Of a stretch of 64,000 bases of DNA, positions 1 to 15,680 are shown in pieces (the stretch's first letter is position 1; each line of letters starts with the position of its first letter). Under the pieces are notes generated by a model, which saw only the letters and a program-made list of their open reading frames with translations, did not search any database and was not told the origin of the DNA. The position numbers and the translations under genes were made by a program. The DNA lies in the NCBI RefSeq assembly GCF_009914755.1, contig NC_060945.1, one strand, 5' to 3'. The DNA comes from the human T2T-CHM13v2.0 reference genome, Homo sapiens.

Positions 1-644
<644 letters not shown>

Positions 645-1465
645 TCTTCTCTGCTTTTTTCCCCTTCCACTGACATTTCACATTTCCTCAACCTGGCCTT
701 TCTGCTTTCTTTAGGTCCTTCCCCCACTCTATGCTCTGTCCAGGTGAAGTTGTGGGTTAATTATAATAATAACCCTCTGTTTTGTCGCTATTTCCTCCCA
801 GGGTGTTCTCTAATCAGCAGAACTTTTCTTCCTCTGGTTCTAAACCTTGGGCTAATCTGACCATGGTTTTCTGAGTGGTTTGGTCTGTGGACACTGAAAT
901 CCCCTCTTGCTTGGCTGGGTCAGTTCACTGAGTACCCTGCCCATGGTTCCCTCTTGTCCTCCTAACCCCAGGGGGCCTTTGACAGCCCAGGCAGACAAGT
1001 CAATGCAGCGTGTGCTGGTGTGTGCATGTATGTGTGATGCGTATGCACGTGCATGCATCATAGTCTGTAATTTACACACAGTGAGTTGCTTCTCCCCTTC
1101 CGCTGGTCGTTGTTTCCTTCATTCCCTTGGGCCTGATGTTGCACAGTTGCTTGGTGGAATTCCCGCTCATTTCCCAGTGAGAGAGCAGAAGAAGTAATCA
1201 ATTGATCTCCGTGGGATTTGGTCTAAGTGAAGAAAGCACAAGTGAGAATTTTACATCACCCTTTGGGGAAAGGTTTTGGTCCAAGAATTTTATAATGACC
1301 GTGTTTGGGTGTGGATATTGTGCCCAGCAATGGGAAAACATGATGTTTTGATGAGGGGTTACGAAAACTGATTGTTGGATGTGTAGACACTAGCATTCAT
1401 GAATTGCCAGATTCCATGGTACGGTGACAGAAGGACCTTACCATCTTGGTTTAAGTGAAACACAG

Positions 1466-2349
<884 letters not shown>

Positions 2350-2639
2350 CATAGTCACGGGGCTGTGGAGGCCCAGGGTGGCTGCCTTCAACCCCACCGG
2401 GGCTGCTAGACACCCTCCTCCAGGATTTGAACTGATGCCCAGCACGATCGGGGGCAGGACCTGGGTGCAGCTTCCCCCACTCTTGTGCACGTCCTTAGAT
2501 AGTATGTGAAGCAAGGCGCTAGCCACAGGCTCCAAGAGTTGAGAGTGCTGGGGTGCCTCATCAGGAACTGTGGTGCCCCTGCAGCTCCTTTCTAGGAAGG
2601 CAGAGAAGGCACTCATGTCAGCACCTTTCAGCTGGTGTC

Positions 2640-4215
2640 AGGTCAGACAAAGGCACTGTCTCCACTGCAAACAAACACAATTCTTTTTTGATGAATCAGA
2701 AGTCAAGAAACCAGGCCTGCAACACAGTAGTGAAGAGGTAGAAACAATCCAAAAGTCCAATAACAGATGCATGGGTAGGCAAAATGCAGGACGTCCATAG
2801 AGTGAAATAGTATTCAGCCATGAAAAGGAATGGAGTACAGGTACATGCTACAGCATGGGTGAACCTTGGAAAAATTGTGCTAACGGCAAAAGAAACTATC
2901 ATCAGAGTAAACAGACAACCTACAGAATGGAAGAAAATTTTTGCAAGCTACCCATCTGACAAAAGTCAAATATCCATAATCTAGAAGGAACTTAAGCAAA
3001 CTTACAAGAAAAAAACAAACAACCCCATCAAAAAGTGGGCAAAGGATATGAACAGACACCTCTCAAAAGAAGACATTTATGTAGCAAACAAACATATGAA
3101 AAACAACTCATCATCACTGGTCATTAGAGAGATGCAAATTGAAACCACAATGAGATACCATCTCATGCCAGTTAGAATGGTGATTATTAAAAAGTTAGGA
3201 AACAACAGGTGCTGGCGAGGCTGTGGAGAAATAGGAACACTTTTACACTGTTGGTGGGAATGTAAATTAGTTCAACCATTGTGGAAAACAGTGTGGAGAT
3301 TTCTCAAGGATCTAGAACCAGAAATATCATTTGACCCAGCAATTCCATTACTGGGTATATACTCAAAGGATTATAAATCATTCTACTATAAAGACACATG
3401 CACACATATGTTTATGGCAGCACTATTTACAATAGCAAAGACTTGGAACCAACCCAAATGCCCATTAATGATAGACTGGATAAAGAAAATGTGGCACATA
3501 TACACCACGGAATACTATATAGCCATAAAAAAGAATGAGTTCATGTCCTTTGCAGGGACATGGATGAAGGTGGAAGCCATCTTTCTCAGCAAATCAGCAC
3601 AGGAACAGAAAACCAGACACCGCATATTCTCACTCATAAATGGGAGTTGAACAATGAGAACACGTGGGCACAGGAGGGGAACATCACACACTGGGGCCTG
3701 TTGTAAGGTGGGGGGAAGGGGAGGGAGAGCATTAGGACAAATACCTAATGCATGTGGGGCTTAAAACCTAGATGACAGGTTGATAGGTGCAGCAAACCAC
3801 CATGTCACATGTATACCTATGTAACAAACCTGCATGTTCTGCACTCGTAACCCGGAACTTTAAGTAAAATAAAAAAAATTAAATTAAAAAAGAAAAGAAA
3901 ATATTGGGCTAAGTAAAAGAAACAGATACAGAAGACCCAAAATTGTATGGCTCAATTTACATGACACGTCCAGAATATGCAAATTCGTGGAAACAGAAAG
4001 CAGATAAGTGGTTGCTTAGGGCGCAGGGTGACAAGGAGATTAGGAGGATTGAGGAAGTGACAGCTAAAGGGGCTTCTTTTTGGGGGTGATGAAAATGTTA
4101 TAAAATGGACGGCGGGGATGGTCACACAACTCCATGCTAAAAAGTGAATTGTACACTTTAAATGGGTGAATTGAATAGCATGTGCGGTATATCGCAATAA
4201 AGCCATTACAACAGA
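2640..4215 (+). mobile_element. Old L1M (L1MB/MC-like) 3' end, split by a younger L1PA
   Basis: L1M 3'UTR motifs (gtacatgctacagcatgggtgaacctt; gtgaattgtacactttaaatgggtgaatt; caataaagc). Confidence 0.75.
2884..3896 (+). mobile_element. 5'-truncated L1PA: ORF2 C-terminus, 3'UTR and polyA
   Basis: ORF 3048-3650 is the L1 ORF2p C-terminus ([18 protein letters not shown]); degenerate TSD gaaaa(a/t)ttg(t/g)gctaa. Confidence 0.95.
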
Positions 4216-5041
4216 AAGAATCAAGGAACAAACAAAAGTGGCAGGGTTGGGAGGACGGGTCTGGAGGTAGCAGGGAGGGTCACAGTCCCCAGGGCCCAAC
4301 TGGGAGCTCTCCTGTTCCCCGGAAGACATGCTGCCACGGCCCCTCCCACCAGTTGTCACTTAATCTCAGGAAGAGTCTGCCACAAATGCCCCGTTGCAGC
4401 GGCTCTTCCCAGCAGAAGGGGAGAAAAAGAGGCCCGAGTCCCCGGGAGCTGATCAAAGGTCTGAGCTGTGCTGGCAGTGACCATTGTGCAACTGAACAAA
4501 TGCGTGGCAGGAATATAAACAGACTCCACCTTTCAGCATCGAGCTTGGTTAGGAACATGGCTTGACAGCCAGCTTCGTCTTCCTAAGCCGATGTTAAACT
4601 CCATCCATCACTTTCATTCTTTGCATGAATCTTGTTCTTTCTATTTGGAGCCATGTACTCTGGGTCTTAGAGAATGGAAACAGGCCCGAAAGCCTGTCAG
4701 ATGCACTTAGGATAAATGAGAAGTCATTCCTTTCGCCATGGCGTTAGGAAGATGACGGTGACCCTGCCGGTAGAGATGGCCTTCCAGAGTGTATTGCCTG
4801 AATCCTGCCTATATCCAAGCTGGTGAACCCTGGCTGCCTGCCGGCTGAATGATGGGGTCGTTCTCAATTCCACCCAGCTCCTAGCTTGCTGTTCTTTTCC
4901 TTCCCATTGGCCTGTGGCTCTCCCTTCCTTGGGTCCCCGGCCCCTGCCCTCAGCCCCACAATCCCGGAGCTGCATTCAAGCCCCTCACGGCCTTCTACAC
5001 TCTGACGTCTTGAGAACAAGCACACAAATGACTGTTCATTC

Positions 5042-5884
5042 TGTGGTAGACTGAATAAAGGCCCCCCAAGATGTCTGCATCCTCATCCCCAGATATGTGA
5101 CCCCAGAAGGCAAAGGCACTTGGGAGAGGTGACTAAGTGAAGGATCTTGAGCTGGAGAGATTTTCCTGGATATCCAGGTGGGCCCCAAATGTCATCACAA
5201 GGGTCCATGCAGGGAAAGAAGGAGGGCAGGAGGGTCATTGAAGGAAGTGGAGATCAGAGCTGGAGAGAAGTTTGAAGAGGCTGGCTGCCCTCTGGCCTTG
5301 AAGATGGAGGAGGGGCCACGAGCCAAGGGATGCAGGCAGCGTCTAGGAGCCAAAAAAGCAGGAAACGGATCCTCCCCTGAAACTCCAAAAGGAACACGGC
5401 GCTGCTGACACCTTGATTTTAGACTTCTGACATCGGGAACTGCAGGGTAACATGTTATTCTGCCTGGGCTGCTGTAACAAAACACCATAGACTGGGCAGT
5501 TTATAAACAACAGATGTTCATTTCTCACAGTTCTGGAGGCTGGGAAGTCTGAGATCAAGGCGCTGGCAGATTTAATGTCTGGCGAGGGCCACTTCCTGGT
5601 TTATAGCTGGCATCTTCTCACTGTGTCCCCACATGGTGGAGGGGGTGAAAAGTCTCTTTCTAGGGTCCCTTTTATAAGGGCATTAATGCCGTTCATGAGA
5701 GCCTCATCCCTATGAACTAATCACCTCCCAAAGGCTCCATCTCCTAATACCAGCACCTTGGGGGTTAAGATTTCAACACGTGAATTTGGGTGGGACACAC
5801 TCAGTCTGTAGCAGGTAATAAGCATATGTCCTGCAAGCCCTTGAGCTTGTGTGCTTTGTTACAGCAGTGACGGGAAACTGACAC
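5042..5884 (+). mobile_element. MLT1D-like MaLR LTR, interrupted at 5451-5813
   Basis: tgtggtagactgaataaaggccccccaagatgtc...ggaaactgacaca. Confidence 0.8.
5451..5813 (-). mobile_element. MLT1A/A0-like MaLR LTR nested in MLT1D
   Basis: ctcacagttctggaggctgggaagtc motif; GGTAA 5-bp TSD at 5446-50 and 5814-18. Confidence 0.85.
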
Positions 5885-7706
5885 ATGGGTTTTACCCTTG
5901 GCAAAGGCAGGGAAACAGGCAAGGTTTCACAAGAAAGGAAGCTGTAAGATCCCGAAAGTCACTAGTTCTGGAGGACACTGTCCTTCCCACAGTATCAACA
6001 GACCCAGGTCTGTTTTCCACGGTTCTTCTCTGACTCTCTGGTTGAAACTTATCCAGGGAGTTTCCCAATTCTTGTGTGTGTGGGGGGGTCATCTTGCCCA
6101 ACCCTGGCCAGGTTGGAGCTTGGGCCAGGTGCCCTGGGCTGGCTGCAGGGCGGCTGCTGGGGGTGTCCTGGCCACTAGTTCTGACGGAGCTCCAGCCTCT
6201 CCTCACCTGTCATGAGCAGGTGAGGAGACCTGCCCACATGACCTGCCCCTCCCCATCCTGAGACGCTGGATGCCCACGTTTTCTTTTTGCCGCCATTTCG
6301 GAGTCTGCTGGGGAGGAGGGCGAATGCCGTGGCCCCCCTTGTCAGGCGGCCCTGCTTATCTCTGCAAGTTGTCTCTGGATGTCTCACAGGAGCCTTCACA
6401 ACTCCAGGCCCTGGAGGTTGGCCGAGCCCTTGAAACTTCCCCAGCAGCCCTGGGGCCTCATTGCTGGGTTTCAGCCTGCCGCACTGTTCCCTGGGGCTCT
6501 GGCGCTGAGAGGCCCCTCCCTCTGAGGGGCTCAGTTGCTTGGAGTCTGTTCAGCAGCTGGAAGAGGAGGCGGTGCTTCTTCACTGAGGCTCTCTGCCTCA
6601 CGTGCTTTGCCATCTATGTTCTGAGTTGATGTCTTGACAAAGACCCCCTCCTTGGTCGTGAGTGACAGAGCAGGGGCCAAGCTCCCTGTATCTGGTGACC
6701 TTGAGCCCCTTCTGCCATGCCCAGCGGGCTTCTGTCCCTTTTGCTTCCAAGTCCCTGTTTTCCACGATGGTAGCTTTGAGCTCTCCACTCCTTTGAAACC
6801 CCGACCCTAATGATGCCGGAGGGAGCCCTCCATGCTCAGAGGACCAGCTGCAGCCACCTCTTCAAATTCCTTTTGACTCATTCTTGCGTCATCACTGGAT
6901 GCGTGGTTGAGTCCTTGCTTGGTAGCAGGGGCTAGGGATTCTGTGGTTATTCCGGCCCACTAGGAGTTTACAGTGTCATGGAGACTACCAAATACAGAAC
7001 TATGCAAACATCTAATTCCATTGTGATGAGGGGTATGATGAGAAGGTTCAGGGCAGCGCGGCAGGGCCCATATGGTTTCAGGGCCAGTGAGGCCATCCAT
7101 GAGTGTGATGTTTAGGCTGAGAGTAGACACCTGAGTGGCAGGGAATGGACTGTGTCTGTGTGTGTGCAGATGTGTATGTGCTTTTGCTTACCACAGGGCA
7201 GGACGCCACATTCCAGATACGTTTGAAAGGACGTCCGACTGCTCGTTCACTTATCTGTCTGGGAACTGCTCCTGGAGCACCACAATGCCAGGCCCAGGCT
7301 GGGGCATGAAGCAGTGTGGACTGAAATGGGGAGTGGACGCCAGCGAGTGGTCACTGCCTTCTCTCTGGAGGGAAGGAAGGTAGCAGCTTGGGCAAGAGCG
7401 ATGGCCAGGAGAGCAGGGAGGCTGAATGGAGAAAGAACGGAGAATGGTCAGAAGGTCCTGGGTGCCCCAGGGCCAGAGGCTGATTGAAAGTGCTGGAAGA
7501 GGCACAGGGCAGGCCCCAGGGGCCTCTAGTCTCCAGCATGAACAACTGGGAGACCTTGGGGTCCCTTGAAGGAGAGAGGCAGGCACAGAGAAGTGAGTTG
7601 TGGGGTCAAGGGGCTGTGAGCTCCTATTCCCGCTTCTCCTGGGGTGAGTGATGGTGGGGAAGCAGGGAGTGCAGCAGAAAGAAGGAGGGGCGCCTCAGAG
7701 AACCCC

Positions 7707-8114
7707 ATGTGACTGTTCTGTGGCCCTGATACGACTGTTCTGCGGCTCTGATGTGACTGCTCTGTGGCTCTGAAGTGACTCTTCTGTGGCTCTTATGTGT
7801 CTGTTCTGTGGCTCTGAAGTGACTCTTCTGCAGCTCCAATGCAACTCTTCTGTGGCCCTGATGTGACTGTTCTGCGGCTCTGATGCGACTGCTCTGTGGC
7901 CCCGATATGACTATTCTGCGGCCCTGATGCCACTCTTCTGCAGCTCTATGAGACTGTTCTGCAGCTCTATGAGACTGTTCTGCAGCTCTATGAGACTCTT
8001 CTGCAGCTCTATGAGACTGTTCTGCAGCTCTATGAGACTGTTCTGTGGCTCTGATGTGACTCTTCTGCAGCTCTGATGTAACTGTTCCGTGGCCCTGATC
8101 GACTGTTCTGTGGC
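7707..8114. repeat. Minisatellite, ~19 units of 21-22 bp (ATGTGACTGTTCTGTGGCTCTG-like)
   Basis: 10 x 22-mer, 5 x 21-mer, 3 x 22-mer and a partial unit, counted directly. Confidence 0.95.
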
Positions 8115-8159
8115 ACCCACATTCTTCAGAGCCACACTCAGATGGAAGCTTTGCTGTGT

Positions 8160-8575
8160 GCAGGGGATGAAACCAACTGTCATTCATCCTGCTGGAGGCC
8201 AGGATGTCTGCCACACCCCCCGGGGCTGCCCCCTGCCTGTCTTTCCTGAAGACGTTCTCTCTCTGGCCCTGTTCCCAGGGCAGGCTGAAGGACAAAGGAC
8301 AGGAAGGTAAGGTCCCAGGAGTGACCCCCAGTGTGGAGGATGAGAGTTGTTGGATAAATGTCCCAGCTCCCTCCTCCCTCCATGGGGCAGTTCTGGGGCA
8401 TGTTCTGCTCAGACCTCAATGCAGTCCCAGTGGGATGAACCGAAGTTCCCTCTGGCAGGGATCCTCTCTCTAGGGTACCTGCACTCCTGCCTTCACTGTG
8501 CTTCCTGAGATCACCCCCAAAATCAACTGCTTGCCCCCAAATCTTTGTCATAGGGTTTTCAAGAGAGGGACGTGA
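8160..8575 (+). mobile_element. Old ERVL LTR (LTR16-like) fragment
   Basis: ggataaatgtcccagc...gcttcctgagatcacc...aaatcaactgcttg motifs. Confidence 0.5.
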
Positions 8576-8592
8576 AGCAAAGACACTCATGA

Positions 8593-8985
<393 letters not shown>

Positions 8986-10974
8986 TAGGAATAATGCTTG
9001 GTGAAACATTTTATTGAGTCATAAAGGTTCTAATTTACTTATTTGGAGCTAGATTTTTCTGACATTTAAAAGCTTGTGTCTCAATTAATTTGCCGTGTAA
9101 AAACAACACGTGGCTGCACACTGCCGTCCCACCCAGGTTAGGTATGAGGAGGAGGAGGGGAGCAATCCCGCAGGCATGGATTTGGGGGCGGGGTGACCTT
9201 CCTAACATGTTTTAACTTACACCGTGGAGGCACCTTCAGCTGTGCCTGCATCTGAGGTCAATTCCGATTCCCACATCCACCCCGCTACACACACCTCTTC
9301 CCTCCATTCCATCCCGCTAGTCTCTCCTGCAGGGTGAGATCTGAAATAAACAGAAATACTGCAGATGTCAGAAAGCAGGTGTCTAAAGCACCCTGCGCTC
9401 TTGAGCCTGTGGCAGCTGCAGGTTTTTAAATTGATAGCAGGGGTGAATCAAGAAGGCAGATGCTTTGCTGTGGCCCCACCAAGGGCCAAGGACAAGCGGA
9501 GGCTCTGTTCACAGTCACTCTTCCTTCTAAGACTCCAGGTCTGTGATGTAATTACCACCAAAAGCAGAATCAAGCCAAGTTGTCCAATATGACTTAATTA
9601 ATTATATTTCACCTGTAACAGTGACTAACTGGTCCATACTTGTCGGGCCTGCTCTGGTGGACGGTAGGTCAGTCTCTGCTGGCCCCTTGATGCTCATCTG
9701 TGCTGCCTGAGGATGTGACAGCGGCCCATCCCGCTACGGGGCCCAGGTGTGCTGCTTGGGGGAGGCAGCAGGACTCTGAGGACCACAGATTTAAAAAAGC
9801 ACAATATTTTGGAGCATCTTTTTACCCTTTTGTTATGGAAAGGTTGTCCCATCCCTTGATCCTCCCACAGATCCCTCGTCTCAGTGCTTGGAACTTGCTT
9901 GGTTTAAGAAGTCAGAACAGGAGGGCTGTGATAATCACACGCTGATGATTGTGAGGCACAAGGGTTGGTGGTGTCTGCCTGAAGGGTGGGGAGGGGAATG
10001 TGCGAGCCGCAGGACGCCCACCAACGCCGAGGGGCGAGGCACAGGGAATTCTAACCTCCCAGCAGTGGGTGGTCAGCACGGGATCTACTTTAATACCATG
10101 AATAGTGTTTCCAATGACATTAACAGTGACAATGGCAACTAAAAGCACGCTCCGTTTTACAAAGTGCTTCACATCCATGGTTTTGTTTGATCCTGATGAT
10201 AGCTTGTGAGTGAGGTTTTCTTTATAAAGCCTCATTTCACCCAGGAGGAAGCTGGGGCTCAGAGAAGCTAAGTGCGGCCCTACCAGCCAGTAAAGGATAG
10301 TGCCGGGGCCCAGGGGACCTTCCGAGCCTCGTGGCTGGGCTCTGGCTGGGTTTGGTGACAATGGCTCTTTCTCTGGACAGTTGTGGGTGCACAGGAAGGT
10401 GGCCCCGTGGGCCTGGCTGCAGCAGCTCCATCTGTGAGTTCCCGTCCAGTCCCCAAGAGCCAAGGGCATCACTTGTCAGACGACCGACCGAGAGCCACGT
10501 GAAACCGTGGGCCTTCGCTGGTGTCCCTTTAGAAGCTCGAAGATATCCCGCATGTCTCACAGTTTTGGCCTGAGGCTTCCAGCCCACCTCACGTATCCCA
10601 TTCCACGCTCCTCACCACCCAGCCTGCCTCAGCTCGGTGTCTTCTGGGCTCCTCATTCCAGCCTCGGGGCACCTCCCTGCAGCCCCATGCCTGCCTCCTG
10701 TTCATTGTGGCTTTGAGCCCCCAGAATGGGTTTCTTTGGGAGCTGGTGGTCTCCAGCATTGGAGGTAAATCCTGCAGAAGTTGGACCCCCAACTTCCATC
10801 ATCAGATGGACTCGACGTAGCTGTTTATATCTTCAGCTGGGCAGCCACAGCATGGGTTTGGTTGAAGGGAGAAGAGAGAAATTGATTTCAAAAGTTGATA
10901 ATTAAATGTGTATGATTTTCTTATTTTTCTCTTTCTAACTTTAAGAGGATCTTCTTGGTCACAGATCCTGGGCT

Positions 10975-11287
<313 letters not shown>

Positions 11288-11774
11288 TGAACACTAAGCC
11301 CAACCCTCCTCTGGCCCAGTCACCGGCTTTCACTTGTCCTCATGGGCCATCTCCCGCACCTCAGCCCTACCCGACCTGCTCCTCTGGTTCTGTTTAGTCT
11401 TGTCTGGGCCTCTGTCAGCCAGTGGCCACCAGAGGAGGTGAAGGCTGGGTCACACAGACTCCCTCCTCCCCATTGTCCCTGAGCCTCTCAGGCAGACCTG
11501 TTTTAGGGCTTGGGGGGTGTGGAGGTCTCCCTGGGGGCTGGCTAGGATGAGCCCAGGGAGGTGGCTGGGGATGGAGTGAAGGATGGACCCTGTAGAAGCA
11601 GATCCTCAGTCCTGACCATGCCCTCCTCCAGGACCCTGAACAGCTAGGCCGGGCACATGCCAGCGCCTTCCACTCTTCCTGCCTCTCGTCTCCTGAGGCT
11701 GTGTGGGTGGGGGTGGATGGGGCATTAGTACAAATTTTCCCACCTTCAGACTTTCAAGAGCCATGATTCCCATG

Positions 11775-12008
11775 TTTGTTTGTTTTTTGAGACAGATTCT
11801 TGTTCTGTCACCCGGACAGGAGTGCCGTAGCTCAATTTTTTGTTTTTTGTTCTGTTTTTTTTTTTTTTTTTTTGCTTTTTTTTTTTTTAGTAGAGATGGG
11901 GTTTCACTATGTTGGCCAGTCTGGTCTGGAATTCCTGACTTCAGGTGATCCACCCGTCTCAGCCTCCCGAAGTGCTGGGATTACAGGTATGAGCCACCCC
12001 ACCCCACC
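11775..12008 (-). mobile_element. Alu with internally deleted right arm and expanded T-rich linker
   Basis: short right-arm remnant, long T tract, intact left arm. Confidence 0.85.
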
Positions 12009-12705
12009 AAATCTCATGTTTTTACTGCCCTTCCCTTCCCAGATGACTGGAAGCCCATCTTGGGATAGTCCCCTTCCCTTCCTGTCCTACTTAGAACAGC
12101 TACATTCCAATGGTCCCTTGTAGTTGGCTGCGTGTCCTGGTGTCTGTCAGGGCACAGAATGCAGCTGAGGCACCTTGAGTCTGAAAAGTTGGAAGGACGG
12201 AGAATTCAAAATTGGCTTTGAGTTGAAAATGGAATTCAAATACAGTCAGCTCTTCTTGAGTATTGGAATTAGTGGTAGAGGGTGTATTGGAGGTACAGTA
12301 ATGATGTGTGTTTGAATGTCACCCCTCCACTCCGTCCCAGTGGTTCTGTATGTCTAACTCTATCTGACTTAAGCTCATATGACCCATATTACCCTCCCCA
12401 GACAACCCCCAAGAGGGTGTGCATGGGCGAGGGGAGGTGGGGGGGGGTTGCTGGCTGCTCAAGAGCGACATGGAGGACCAGGGCCGCACAAGCTCATTTG
12501 GAAGCAGATGGGGACAGTTACCTCTAACAGCTTCATGACTGAATGACACCACAACCACTGGTGTCCTTGGCCATCAGAAATCCCTTTCCCCAAGGGAGTG
12601 GGGAAGCTGCTACGTGAGCTAGCTACATAATATCAACTAGAATTAGAGGCGCTTGCTTTCCATGTTGAACTTAATCATAGTTTGTTATTACTTCCCATCC
12701 CCGCC

Positions 12706-13432
<727 letters not shown>

Positions 13433-13866
13433 TAAAGGATCTGGACCTGGCAGGTGATCTGGCAGGTGACTTTAGGTCACTATGGGAGTCCTTTAACTTT
13501 TACACAACTGCAATCTCCACGTCCACCTCTGCTTAAATCACACGGAGGCCGGCTGCCCAGCAAGTTTGAGAGCAGCACTTTATGAGTTTTCTGCTGATCA
13601 TTCCCCTAAAGTGAAGTGCAGCCAGCCAAGGTAGTTATTCAAAACCTCGCTCAGTGCCCACTTGGCTTCCTCTGCCCAAGACAAGATGGCTTGCTCAGGA
13701 AGAAACACCTGCATCCCCAGTGGCAGCATTGTTGCAGGGCAAGGAGCAGCATCCACGACTCTTGTCCTTTCTCTGTGTCTCTAAATGCAAAGGCCAAACA
13801 TGGGACATTTCAACAGATTCAAGCCAAGGAGAGGGTGGGAGAATCATAGTCTTTAAAATTTGTTTT

Positions 13867-14136
13867 GGCCGGGTACAGTGGCTCAGGCCTGTAATCCCAG
13901 CATTTTGGGAGGCTGAGGCGGGCGGGTCACAAGGTTAGGAGTTCGAGACCAGTCTGGCCAACATAGTGAAACCCTGTCTGTACTAAAAATACAAAAATTA
14001 GCTGGGTGTGGTGGCACACACCTGTAGTCCCAGCTACTTGGGAGGCTGAGGCAGGAGAATCGCTTGAACCCAGGAGGTAGAGGTTGCAGCCAAGATCGTG
14101 CCATTGCACAGAGCAAGACTCTGTCTCAAAAAAAAA
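13867..14136 (+). mobile_element. AluS
   Basis: Alu consensus with small deletions; aaaattgtttt-like TSD. Confidence 0.93.
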
Positions 14137-15156
14137 TTGTTTTTAAAACAATAAGGCAGGATTTAGACATTGGTAACTGACTATCCCATGTTTATTTGAA
14201 GTACCATGGAATTTTAGTGGCAGTATTTATTCAAAACCTGTCTCAGTGTGAAAAAAATATTTGGTTTCCCAGAGACTGTGCTGGGGGAGGAAGAATTCCG
14301 GGAAGCCACAATTGGGCTTAAGCATCTCTAGTCCAAACAGTTGGGGAGCCATCGGTTTCCATGTCTGTCGGGTAATTGAATGACATCATTGGGCTGAATC
14401 CGGGGTGACTGTGCGGCAGGGGGCTTTCGGCTTCGAGGGAGAGAGTCTCACCATTTCTTACCTATAGGAAAAATACCCATTGCGCATCTGAGAATTTAGA
14501 GGGTAAGTAATGCCCAACACCAAGCTAGAATATTAGGCCTTGGGGAAATTTATTTTGGCTGAATGGGATTTATTTTAAGATTCTGAAGTCATTACCACTG
14601 CACTTTATTTTCTGAGTAATGTGCCTGTCTTGTAGACTCTCGGGAGGAAATGCTTCACTCCAGCTTTATTTAGGTCATTACCACAAGGCCAAAGCAAAGA
14701 CCACGTGTGAGGTCACTGACTGGCTGCTGCCAAGGGCAGGTTTATGACCGTGTAGTGGATGCCTTCCCGGCAGCCCCGCCACCAGGCTGGCTGATGCACA
14801 TGCCCAGCTCCCGCACGATGCTTTTTAGCCTACAAGGTGCTGGGCTGTTAAGGGGCGGAGGTTCGGGGAACAGGGGCTACGCCAACGCACAGGTAGATAG
14901 GGGCTGGTCTGCTTCCCCTGGGGCTTCAGGAAAACATTTGAATGTTTCTTTCTTCCCCAGTAACAATGAGCAGGTTGCTCGGACCACTTGCCGGGGGCGT
15001 CTAACCGACCTCTTCTACGCCAGGCATATTAGCCGCTTGTCACGGGTCAGTGACAGATGGAGTGGACGGTAGTAGGAATCTGTATCGGAAATCTGTGTCC
15101 GACCTTCCTTTACTGCTTCCTGGGCTTAAAAACCTTGATTAAAATGTTTGTCTCCT

Positions 15157-15485
15157 GGCTGGGTGCAGTGGCTCTCTAATCCTAGCATTTTGGGAGACTG
15201 AGGCAGGAGGATTGCTGGAGCCCAGGAGTTCGAGACCAGCCTAGGAAACAAGGCAGAAACCCCATCTCTACAAAAATAAAAATAAATTAGCCAGGTGTGG
15301 TGGCCTACGTCTGTAGCCCAGTTCCTTGAGAAGCTGAGATGGGAAGATCACTGGATCCTCCCACCTGGTTAAGCCCAACCAGGAGGTTGAGGCTGCAATG
15401 AGCTATGATTGCACAACTGCACTCCAGCCTGGGTGACAGAGCAAGACTCTGTCTCAAAAAAAAAACAAAAACAAAAACAAAAAAA
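15157..15485 (+). mobile_element. AluJ with internal fold-back insertion
   Basis: Alu consensus, (CAAAAA)n tail. Confidence 0.92.
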
Positions 15486-15569
15486 GGGCTTCTTTTTTTT
15501 CCCCCTCATAAAAGGCATATCCTACACCAAGTTTTCCTCAAATATGAATAGGCCCAAGAACCACCTGTA

Positions 15570-15680
15570 GATCTTGTAGAGCTGCAGATTCGGATTCAGT
15601 AAGTCTGGGACAGGGCATAGGAGTCTCGCAAGCTCCCAGGTGACACTGATGTTGCTGGTCTGGGGCCACACTTTGAACAG
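15570..15680. mobile_element. MER5A (hAT-Charlie) fragment
   Basis: gattcggattcagtaagtctggga...gctggtc...ccacactttga. Confidence 0.65.

Noticed and set aside
3048-3650. 200-aa ORF with ATG start
   Set aside because: It is the C-terminus of L1 ORF2p in a 5'-truncated copy, with an upstream stop and no EN or RT domain; not a gene.
7021-7125. TGATGA...CTGA boxes resembling a C/D snoRNA
   Set aside because: No terminal stem or recognisable guide; lies in degenerate L2-like sequence.
7624-8295. 223-aa and 90-aa repetitive ORFs with heptad-like repeats (AEQSHRA, ELQNSLI)
   Set aside because: By-product of the 21-bp minisatellite units; no splice or promoter support.
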